Positions 43,922 to 51,937 of a stretch of 57,136 nt of DNA are shown one piece after another. The position numbers were made by a program, and so were the translations under genes. How positions within the stretch are numbered: position 1 is the first letter of the stretch; each line of letters opens with the position of its first letter. The notes below the pieces were generated by a model that was given only the letters and a program-made list of their open reading frames with translations, ran no database searches and had not been told where the DNA came from. Origin of the DNA: a virus (lineage: Duplodnaviria > Caudoviricetes); the IMG/VR virus record IMGVR_UViG_3300037307_000387, positions 1 through 57,136 of that record; one strand, given 5' to 3'.

Positions 43922-44488
43922 CTAGACCTCCGCGTACCAGATGAGCGAGGGCTGGTGCTGGTACGGGGGCGGCTGCTGCGTCGCGTGGAACCTCGCGCCC
44001 GGAACGAGGTCGGCGACCGCCGCCGCCACGCCGCCGTGCTCGCCGTCGTGGCCGCAGAGCAGGCCGCCGGGGCGCAGCCGCGAGCGCCACATCAGGATGT
44101 CCTCGCGCACGGTCTCCTCGCGGTGATCGGCGTCGAGCCAGACCATGTCGAACGTCAGGTGTCCGGCGAGCGCGTAGGCCTGCTCGCTCGTCATCGCGTA
44201 GGTGACGACGTTCGACCGCCAGCCCACCTCGCGCATGTACGCGCCGTAGGCCGCGAGCGGGTCGAGCGCCGCCGTCTCGTCCTCGGGGTCGGTGGACGGC
44301 AGCCACGAGTCGACGACGTAGAGCACGCCGGGCGTCGCGCGCGCGAGCACGTCCGCGCTCTTGCCCTCCCACGCGCCGACCTCGAGGATCGAGTACCGCC
44401 GCTGCGCCTCGCTGGCGAGCCACTCCATCTGCTCCGGGTAGAGCCACCCGAAGATGCGGTCGTGGATCTCTACGGCTTGACCTTCCAC
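43922..44488 (-). CDS. Class I SAM methyltransferase (Methyltransf_24-like)
   Basis: LEVGAWEGKS, VDSW, FDMVWLDADH, LRPGGLLCGHD. Confidence 0.88.
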   Translation of the reverse strand: MEGQAVEIHDRIFGWLYPEQMEWLASEAQRRYSILEVGAWEGKSADVLARATPGVLYVVDSWLPSTDPEDETAALDPLAAYGAYMREVGWRSNVVTYAMTSEQAYALAGHLTFDMVWLDADHREETVREDILMWRSRLRPGGLLCGHDGEHGGVAAAVADLVPGARFHATQQPPPYQHQPSLIWYAEV

Positions 44489-45153
44489 CGCTCCAGCGTC
44501 TCCTTGATCTGCTCGACCTTCTCGGGGATGCCGACCGTGTAGGCGTGCCAGTAGAACTCGGCGTTCGTGAAGCCGAGGCGCTTCTCCAACGCCGTGAGCG
44601 TCTGCGTCTTGAGCCCGAAGCGCGCGATGTTCCGGCTCAGCGCGTAGTCGTCGACGAGGTGCTCGCGCGTGATGATGGTGTTCAGTTCGTCGACCGTCGG
44701 GTGGATCGCATCGACCGCCCCCTCAGGCGTCAGGTCGTCGAGCGGACGCCACAGGTCGAGGCACCACTTCGACGCGATCGTGTTCCAGTTGCACGACCCG
44801 ACGTTGCGCCCGTCGCGGAGGAAGTATTCGTCGTACCGCCAGCGGATGTTCGCGAAGTCGATGCCGTTGTGGGCCACGGTGTCGCGCGGGAGGAACGCGG
44901 TCCAGTCCGGCGTCTCGGGATGCACGAGCGCGTCGGAGTCGAGGTAGAGGTGCCACTCGCTGCCGTTACGCTTCGCGCGCTCGTAGATCTGGAGCTTCTC
45001 GTAGGTGATCGGCCAGTCGGGGAAGCGGCGCTCCGAGATGATCTCGATGTCCGCGCCGACCTTCCGCGCCCACCGATGGATGAGCGGATAGGTGAGCGCG
45101 GTGATCTCCGGCGCGTAGTCGTTCACGTTGAGCAGGTAGAGGGTCTTCGTCAA
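44470..45153 (-). CDS. GT-A glycosyltransferase-like protein
   Basis: YEKLQIYE...HLYLDSDALV DxD motif. Confidence 0.7.
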   Translation of the reverse strand: MTKTLYLLNVNDYAPEITALTYPLIHRWARKVGADIEIISERRFPDWPITYEKLQIYERAKRNGSEWHLYLDSDALVHPETPDWTAFLPRDTVAHNGIDFANIRWRYDEYFLRDGRNVGSCNWNTIASKWCLDLWRPLDDLTPEGAVDAIHPTVDELNTIITREHLVDDYALSRNIARFGLKTQTLTALEKRLGFTNAEFYWHAYTVGIPEKVEQIKETLERWKVKP

Positions 45154-45214
45154 GGGTGCCTCCAGCGCTCCTCGGTGTCGGGGGCGGGCGATCCGCCCCC
45201 ATCCCCGAGGCGCA

Positions 45215-45622
45215 CTACTCCAGCGTGCAGGTGAGCGACCCGCTCAGGATCTTGAACGTGTCGCCGCTGTTGACCGACTTCGACGCGGACAGCGTGCCCT
45301 GCCACAGGCAGTTCGACGACGCCGTTGCGGTCGAGTGATCCCAGATCGCGACGCCCGTCACCGTGCAGGTGGGCATGTTCGTCCACGTCAGGTCGGCGTT
45401 CGATGCCTTCGACGCGGGGTTGCCCTCGGTCGCGGCGGCGAAGGACGAGGTCGCGCCCTGCCGCGCGTAGGAGCCGCCCGTGATCTCGCCCGTCGTGCCG
45501 GTGTCGGTCGGGTCGGCCGAGTGCAGGGAGACGTAGAGGGAGGTCGGCTGCGAGTACGCCGTCCCCTTGAGAGCATGATCGAGGAGCTTCGCCTCGAACC
45601 ACTGCGTGAGCCCGTTTGCCAT
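45215..45622 (-). CDS. Conserved phage virion/tail-fibre-associated protein
   Basis: EAKLLDHAL...LYVSLHSADP...EITGGSYARQ...SKSVNSGDTF. Confidence 0.75.
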   Translation of the reverse strand: MANGLTQWFEAKLLDHALKGTAYSQPTSLYVSLHSADPTDTGTTGEITGGSYARQGATSSFAAATEGNPASKASNADLTWTNMPTCTVTGVAIWDHSTATASSNCLWQGTLSASKSVNSGDTFKILSGSLTCTLE

Positions 45623-46372
45623 CTAGACTGCCTCCTGTGGAACGCCGATCTGCGTCGGCGGGGTGCCCGTCATCTTCTCCACGATCATGCGACCGACCTT
45701 GTGGTGTCCGAGGCCGAGGCCGTAGTAGAGCCCCATGACGGGGAACCCCGCGGCTCGCGCCCGCTTACAGAACGAGAAGTCCTCTCCGGTGTCGACCCAG
45801 TACGGCTTCGTCGCGTGCTTCACCGGCCAGTGCATGAACCACGTGCCGGGGCCGAACCACGGCGGTTCGTCCCGCACCGCCGAGATCGCATCGAAGACGC
45901 GGCGGTGGATGAGGATGCAGGACGTGGCGACCGCGTTGACGAGGCCGATCTGCGCAGGCACGCCATCGACGAGCGGGCGCTCGGCGAGCGCGTACGAGCC
46001 AGCCGGCCCGTCCTGATCGTCCGCCGTCTGATCGAAGAAGCCGGTCGTGCGCGCGTCGTTGCCGAGGATCAGGTCGCCAGCGATGATCCCGAGCCCCGTC
46101 TCCTGCATCGCCTCGACCATCTTCGACATGGTCTCCGGGGGGCAGTGGACGTCGTGGTCGACCATCATCAGCGCGTCGCACTCGCGCTCGTACATCTTCA
46201 TGACGAGCTTGTTCCGGTTGCTCGCGATGTACGGCCCCTGCTCGAAGTTCGACGCGACGAGGTGCCCCTCGCCCGGTGGCTTCGTCATCTCGTAGTCGCG
46301 CATGAGGATGAAGCCCGCCACGAACTCGATGCGGGGTGCCCCGTGCGTCGGTGTTCCGAAGTAGACCTTCAT
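45623..46372 (-). CDS. GT2-like glycosyltransferase
   Basis: RNKLV...LMMVDHD...ATSCILIHRRVF...GEDFSFCKRAR..GF...H. Confidence 0.8.
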   Translation of the reverse strand: MKVYFGTPTHGAPRIEFVAGFILMRDYEMTKPPGEGHLVASNFEQGPYIASNRNKLVMKMYERECDALMMVDHDVHCPPETMSKMVEAMQETGLGIIAGDLILGNDARTTGFFDQTADDQDGPAGSYALAERPLVDGVPAQIGLVNAVATSCILIHRRVFDAISAVRDEPPWFGPGTWFMHWPVKHATKPYWVDTGEDFSFCKRARAAGFPVMGLYYGLGLGHHKVGRMIVEKMTGTPPTQIGVPQEAV

Positions 46373-46433
46373 GCCTTCCCCCCTCCCTCTCCCAAGGACG
46401 CGCCAGACTCTAGCAGCGGGCGCAGCGCTGTTT

Positions 46434-47195
46434 CTACGGTTCGCCTACGGGCTCCTCGTCCGGCAGCCGCACGGCGTCGCCACGCTTCTGCCACGCCTCC
46501 ATCTCCTCGACCCACGTCTCGAAGCCGATCTCGCGCGCGGGGCCGAGGTGCAGCGTCAGCAGCGCGGGATCGACGAACGTCGTGCACCGGCCGCGCAGCC
46601 GGTGGAACAGGGCGAAGTCGGGCGTCGTGAAGTGCCCCGTGTCGAAGGGGTGCTCGATCGAGCCCATGACCTCCAGCGCGCGGCGGCGGAAGAGTAGGCA
46701 GTTCATCGACGTGGCGTCGATCCGGTACGGCTTCGCCGAGGTGTCGATGCGGGTGATGAAGCGGTAGTGCTCCTTGCCGACGACCGGCTCGCCGCGCCGC
46801 GCGTTGACGATCATCGAGCGGTCGTGCCTGTCGAGTTCCTCTTGCGTGAGGACCCCCGCGTACTCCGCGATCATCGGGTGGTACGGCGAGTAGCGCATGA
46901 AGGTGATCCCGGTGGCGATGTCGACCTCGGGGTGCGCCTCGAGCAGCGCGACGAGCCGGGTGACGGCGTCCTGCGGGAGCACGCAGTCGTCCTCGGTCCA
47001 GAAGAGGGCGTCGAGGTTCGCGTTCTGGAGCGCGCGCTTGAGGATGCGCTCGCACGCTTGGATGTGGGGCGTGCGCTCGGTGCAGATGTTCGCGACCCAC
47101 GGGTGCGTCCACCCGGCGTGCATGACGGCCGCCGTCTGCGCGATCGTCACCTTCGGCGTCGCGTTGAGGTAGGGGCAGGCGAAGGCGAGCCTCAC
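46434..47195 (-). CDS. GT2-like glycosyltransferase
   Basis: LFWTEDDCVLP...IDATSMNCLLFRR...DFALF...VDP...H. Confidence 0.75.
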   Translation of the reverse strand: MRLAFACPYLNATPKVTIAQTAAVMHAGWTHPWVANICTERTPHIQACERILKRALQNANLDALFWTEDDCVLPQDAVTRLVALLEAHPEVDIATGITFMRYSPYHPMIAEYAGVLTQEELDRHDRSMIVNARRGEPVVGKEHYRFITRIDTSAKPYRIDATSMNCLLFRRRALEVMGSIEHPFDTGHFTTPDFALFHRLRGRCTTFVDPALLTLHLGPAREIGFETWVEEMEAWQKRGDAVRLPDEEPVGEP

Positions 47196-47773
47196 TTCGC
47201 CACCGCGACCGACCACCACCGCCTCGAGTCGCCACCAACCAGCCGCCGCCGCTCCTCCAGACCCGCGAGCGTCTCCGGGGTGATCTGCGAGCGCGGGATG
47301 GGGGGCAGGTTCAACTGCGCCATTAGCTCCTCCACCTTCCTGTGCAAAACGGTCTCGTTGGACGGGACGAGGATCGCGTCCTTCCCCTGCATGACGCTGC
47401 GGTATGCGGCGTTGTACTGCGACTCCCCGAACAGCGCGACGAGGCATTCTCGCAGCGCGACGATGAGGGGTGGGCCATTGCGGTAGTTCCCCTTGCAGAC
47501 CCAGTTCGGCAGGCAGGCTCGGTTGTGAAGGACGATGGTGTCGCCGGTGTTGTTGAAGGCGAGCGGGTAGAGAAGGCAGTCGATGGGGCGGTCGGCGGGG
47601 GTGAGCGTGCAGCCCTTGTCGCCGAGGTATCCGCAGCGGGAGTTCTCGAAGACGCGCGGAGGCCAGTACTGCTTAAGGCTGCAGCAGCCCGCCCCGCAGT
47701 TCCTCAGGATCCCGTCGAGGGTGCAGTTGAGGCGCTTTGACGACCACGCCGCGCTGATGCGCCACGTCTGCAT
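47192..47773 (-). CDS. YkgJ/DUF3109-like Cys-cluster protein
   Basis: NCGAGCC...CGYLGDKGCTL...RPIDCLLYPL. Confidence 0.65.
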   Translation of the reverse strand: MQTWRISAAWSSKRLNCTLDGILRNCGAGCCSLKQYWPPRVFENSRCGYLGDKGCTLTPADRPIDCLLYPLAFNNTGDTIVLHNRACLPNWVCKGNYRNGPPLIVALRECLVALFGESQYNAAYRSVMQGKDAILVPSNETVLHRKVEELMAQLNLPPIPRSQITPETLAGLEERRRLVGGDSRRWWSVAVAK

Positions 47774-47782
47774 CGGCGGCTC

Positions 47783-48307
47783 CTACTCCTCCGGCTCGGC
47801 GGTTTCGTCGATGATGCCGGGGGCATCGAGGTCGCCCTCCGACGCCCCCTCCGTGAGGTCGATCACCGAGAGCCTGACGAGGAGCGCCCTCGCGTTCTCG
47901 GGGAGGAGGCCGAACAGCTCGTCGTCGCCCGCCAGCATCCTCGCCTGATCCGCGATCTCCTGCAGCCCCTCCATGCCGATGCGCTGGCCGAAGTAGTCCT
48001 TGAGGAGAAAGATCGCGGGGGTGAACTCGCGTGCGCCCGGGCGCACGGAGTCGAGCACGCGCGCGAGCGTCGCTGCCGCCTCGTCAGTCCACTTGTCGCC
48101 GCGGTCGGGCATCACCCACCGCACGCGAGCGGTGTCGATCTTGAAGTAGCGCCTCATCGGACCACTCCCCCTTCTACCAACGGAGATTTCCCCGTCAGCC
48201 CACATCTTCTCCAGCAGCTTCACGTCTTCGTCGCTTTCCGGCACATAGCCGACGAGGAGGCGCGGCTGCTCGTGGCTGAAACTGTCGACGTTGTACTCGA
48301 TCCGCAT
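47783..48307 (-). CDS. Hypothetical acidic protein directly after the MuF fusion (candidate immunity protein)
   Basis: ATG abuts the MuF stop. Confidence 0.6.
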   Translation of the reverse strand: MRIEYNVDSFSHEQPRLLVGYVPESDEDVKLLEKMWADGEISVGRRGSGPMRRYFKIDTARVRWVMPDRGDKWTDEAAATLARVLDSVRPGAREFTPAIFLLKDYFGQRIGMEGLQEIADQARMLAGDDELFGLLPENARALLVRLSVIDLTEGASEGDLDAPGIIDETAEPEE

Positions 48308-51300
48308 CTACATGCTCCACAGGTAGCTTTCGCTGATCCCCGTCGCGGCCGCGAGGTTGGCGATGAAGGCGGTCTTCGTTACCCCTTTCGGCTTGCTCGC
48401 CTTGAAGGCTGCGATCTGCGAGTACGCCGACTTGAGAACCGACGGGCTGTACTTCTTTGACTTATCGAGCCAGCTTGGATACTGGAGCCCGCCCGTTCCG
48501 GCGGGCGGCGTGGCCGCGACCCCACCGATCGTCTTCACCGGCTTCTTGTTCGCGAGCAGGTAGTCCTGCGACAAAGCCGAGGACGTCGAGCCGCGAGGGG
48601 CTGGCGTACCGGCCTTGACGAGCACGTAGTTCCCACCCTGAAAGACAATGGCGTCCTTCGACCAGACGGTCCCGTCCAACACATGGCCGCTGCCTTCGGG
48701 CGGCTTGCTGAAGATGCGCACACTCGCCGCGCTCGGCAGGTTGGGGGGCTTCGGCGTGAAAGCCGGCTTCGGGATGCCCATAAGTTCGTCGTAGTCCATG
48801 TGGTACGGCGTCTGATGCGCGATTGCCTTCTGCGTCAGCGACGGTGCCTTCGCGCCGGGCGGGGCGACCATCCCCTTGGGGACGAGGACGTAAGCGCCTG
48901 ACTTTGGCGGGGTGAAGCCATCAGGGTGGGTGTACTTCATCGTCTCACTGAGGTATGTGGAGCTGACCTTGACGTAGGTGTCTTTCTTGAAGACGAACCC
49001 CTCGACCAGCGCGTAATCCTTGATGTTCGAGATGGAGGTCGGCGGCTTGCTGGTGTAGTTGGACGTGATCCAAGGATGCGGCGACAGCTTGGGGGTGATC
49101 TTGGCGGGGGGGGTCTTGGCGTAGGGGCCGATCTTGAGGTTGTAGGCGACCATCCAAGCGGTGCTCTCGTTCATCCCGTGGGCCTTAGCGACAGCCTCCA
49201 CGTTGCCACCGTCGTTGATCCCCTTCAGGACACCGGCCATCTGGTCCTTGGTGTACTTCTTCCCGTGGTAGTTCTTGAGGTAGGAGTCGGCGTCGGCGGG
49301 GAGGTGGTAGATCTGCTTCCCCGACGGCACGTTGACCTTCGAGACGGTCACTGGTGGGACGACGCTCGACAGCGGCACCTTCACGACACCCGCCTTCGGC
49401 GCGAGCGATGGGTTCTTGTTCAGGTAGTCAGTGAGGTTGAGCGGCTTCGCGCCCCACCCGGTCGGCTTGCTGACAGGAACTACTCCGTGGGGGATGTGCA
49501 GGTTGCTGCCGAAGACGCCGGCCTCGAAGTTCTTCCCGTGCAGAACGAAGAACTCGTGCTCGTCGGCATAGCCGCTGTCGTGGATGGTCGCGCTCAGGTC
49601 GGTCGAGAAGAGGATTGACGACGGCCTCACGTCGCGCTGATAAATGCCGTGGGTGTTCCAGTTCTTGGCGACATGCTTCTGTGTGGTGTAGCCCTCGACG
49701 GCCATGTTCGCTGTGTACTTCTTATGAACCCCACGGAAGAGGACGATCCGGTCGTTGTCGGTGATACCGGCCGCGGCGAGGTCGAGCTGCGTCTCGCGGT
49801 AGCAGATTTTTACGCCGTAGACGGAAATCCTCGACGGATCGTCATCGGTGATACCGCTTTTGCTGAGCATCCCCTCAGCGCCGAGCCCCTTCTTCGCCGC
49901 TGCCCGCAGCTCCTTCGCGCCTTCAGACTGCGCGTCGCCCTTCCAGCTGTCGATGTAATCACTTACGTGCCTCTTCGCGACGTGGTAGAGGTCGCTGTTC
50001 GGATTTGTGGGGGTGCCGTTGGCGTCAGGCCTCGGGTGGAAGGCATCGTCCCAGTTGTCGAGCCCCCACTTCAGCCCGGAGGCTTTGTTTACGCCGATGA
50101 CGCTGGTCGAGGTCGCGTCGGCACACGCCATCGCGGCGGCTGGGGTGAGGGTAGCGGGCTTCGGCTCCAGCATCTTGGGGTGCTTCGCGCTGACCGGCAG
50201 ACCGGTGGTGAGGTTGTAGTACTTCCCCGGGATCGGTGGCAGCCCAGCAGACTTGTCCAGCTCGGGCAGGCGCGATTCGAGGTAGAGCCGCCGCGCCTTC
50301 AGCGTCTCCGCCAACTCATTCTTTAACTCGCCAAGCTTGCCGCCGAACTCGTTGACGATGTGGTCGATCTCTTCCGGGGAGACCTTGAGAACGTGCTCGC
50401 GGATCCCGTTCGCCACGTCCGCGTCCGTCGTGTTGCTGAAAAGGTAGGCCGCCGCGTAGTTCTTGTTGGTATCTCGGAGTGAGTCGATCTCGCCCACCGT
50501 GTTGCCGAACGCCTTCCCCTTCGGCTCCCCCATTCCCCGGTACAGGAGAGCACCGCCGGACTCGATGCGGGTCGCCATCTTCGTGCCGTCGGTGTGCGTG
50601 GCTTGGAGAATGTTGTCGCCTTTCGGGCCAGCGACATCCCAGTTCGCGAGCCAAGCGTCCGTCGCGAACCCCGCCTTGACGGCGACGTTGTCGATGTTCG
50701 CGCTGCCGCTGTGGTCGAGGAGTTGGGAGGCGAGGCGTCGCTCGCCGTTGACGAGAACGACCTTGGTGTTGGCGTGAGGGATGCCGGCGGCGCGATACAG
50801 CGCCCCGGCGATGATCTCGTTGTCGAGCGCATCGGCGTGGTCGGGCGTCTTGACGTACCACAGGACGTTGTTCTCGTCGGAGTAGATTCCTGCCTTCGAG
50901 TGCCCGCCAAGCGAGCCGGTCTTCTCCAGATTCCACTTCCCAACGATCTCGACCTCTGGAGGCTTCTTCCACGAGGTGGCGTCCCCGCCTGGCGCTCCGA
51001 TGAAGATGTGCCTCCCCCCCTTCGTGATCCACGCGCCACCGAGAAGGTTCGCGCCGGCCATCGCCTCCTCTGGCCCCGAACCGCGGTCGGGCTCCCGCCG
51101 CCACCCCGGCTTCGTCTCGACGAGGACGACGGAGCAGCGGCAGCGGGGGTGTGGCTCGGGGGGGGAGAAGAAGCGGTCGTCGAAGTACTCGTCGACCGGG
51201 ACCTCGCGGCCGTCGAGGTCCATGCAGGTACCGCAGGTCCGCTCGTCGTCGGCAGCCACCCACAGCTTGTGCCAGTGCCGCTTCCCTCCCGGCAGCTTCT

Positions 51301-51682
51301 TGTCGGCGAAGAGCTTCCCCCACGCTGCCTGTTGGCCGAGCGCGTGCGCCATGCGCGTCTCGTGCTCAGCGATCAGGTTCGCGCGCTCGCGAAGGAGCTT
51401 GCCACGGAGCTTGTCGAGATCCTTCTCCAGCGCCTTGCCCTTGAGCTTGCCCTCGGCGAGCAGGCGCTGACGAGCCCTCTCAACCGTTTCAGCCTGTTGG
51501 CCGGTGAGGCCGATGCTATTGAGGATGGAGGTGGGGGAGATGGCCTCCTGCCTGCCGTTGATTACCTTGAGGATCTCGGAGCGCACGACATCGCGCACCT
51601 GCTTCTCGATCCTCCGTGTCTCCAGCTTGACGCGGGAGTTGATGACGTCCTGCCACCTCGGCTTGATCGCGAAAGCTTCCAC
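48308..51682 (-). CDS. MuF (SPP1 gp7-like) head protein fused to kinase-like, ART-like and HTH domains
   Basis: RANLIAEHE...KLWVAADDERTCGTC..LDG...PHPRCRC (MuF); YVK..NE..DAWLANWD..NIL..RIESGG; LFRG..YTT..EHEFFVL. Confidence 0.85.
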   Translation of the reverse strand: MEAFAIKPRWQDVINSRVKLETRRIEKQVRDVVRSEILKVINGRQEAISPTSILNSIGLTGQQAETVERARQRLLAEGKLKGKALEKDLDKLRGKLLRERANLIAEHETRMAHALGQQAAWGKLFADKKLPGGKRHWHKLWVAADDERTCGTCMDLDGREVPVDEYFDDRFFSPPEPHPRCRCSVVLVETKPGWRREPDRGSGPEEAMAGANLLGGAWITKGGRHIFIGAPGGDATSWKKPPEVEIVGKWNLEKTGSLGGHSKAGIYSDENNVLWYVKTPDHADALDNEIIAGALYRAAGIPHANTKVVLVNGERRLASQLLDHSGSANIDNVAVKAGFATDAWLANWDVAGPKGDNILQATHTDGTKMATRIESGGALLYRGMGEPKGKAFGNTVGEIDSLRDTNKNYAAAYLFSNTTDADVANGIREHVLKVSPEEIDHIVNEFGGKLGELKNELAETLKARRLYLESRLPELDKSAGLPPIPGKYYNLTTGLPVSAKHPKMLEPKPATLTPAAAMACADATSTSVIGVNKASGLKWGLDNWDDAFHPRPDANGTPTNPNSDLYHVAKRHVSDYIDSWKGDAQSEGAKELRAAAKKGLGAEGMLSKSGITDDDPSRISVYGVKICYRETQLDLAAAGITDNDRIVLFRGVHKKYTANMAVEGYTTQKHVAKNWNTHGIYQRDVRPSSILFSTDLSATIHDSGYADEHEFFVLHGKNFEAGVFGSNLHIPHGVVPVSKPTGWGAKPLNLTDYLNKNPSLAPKAGVVKVPLSSVVPPVTVSKVNVPSGKQIYHLPADADSYLKNYHGKKYTKDQMAGVLKGINDGGNVEAVAKAHGMNESTAWMVAYNLKIGPYAKTPPAKITPKLSPHPWITSNYTSKPPTSISNIKDYALVEGFVFKKDTYVKVSSTYLSETMKYTHPDGFTPPKSGAYVLVPKGMVAPPGAKAPSLTQKAIAHQTPYHMDYDELMGIPKPAFTPKPPNLPSAASVRIFSKPPEGSGHVLDGTVWSKDAIVFQGGNYVLVKAGTPAPRGSTSSALSQDYLLANKKPVKTIGGVAATPPAGTGGLQYPSWLDKSKKYSPSVLKSAYSQIAAFKASKPKGVTKTAFIANLAAATGISESYLWSM

Positions 51683-51691
51683 GGGAACCCC

Positions 51692-51937
51692 TCAGGAGGA
51701 CGGGACCTCGACGACACCGCCCCCCTTCTCGATCTCGGCCATCTCCTTGGCCAGCCGCCTCCTGAACTCAGCCGCGTAGGGCGTGTCCTTTACGGCCGGC
51801 GGAAGGCCGAAGGCGACCTCGCGGGTGATGCGGGCGATGTCGTCGGTGTCGATGGTCTCGATGTCGCCGAGCTGCCCCTCCTCCCACTCCTCGAACTCGT
51901 CGTCGGGAATCTCCTCGCCTTCGACTGTTACGCTCAT
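51692..51937 (-). CDS. Small acidic protein (candidate antitoxin/immunity protein)
   Basis: ATGA overlap with the portal-zeta stop; EEIPDDEFEEWEEG. Confidence 0.7.
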   Translation of the reverse strand: MSVTVEGEEIPDDEFEEWEEGQLGDIETIDTDDIARITREVAFGLPPAVKDTPYAAEFRRRLAKEMAEIEKGGGVVEVPSS

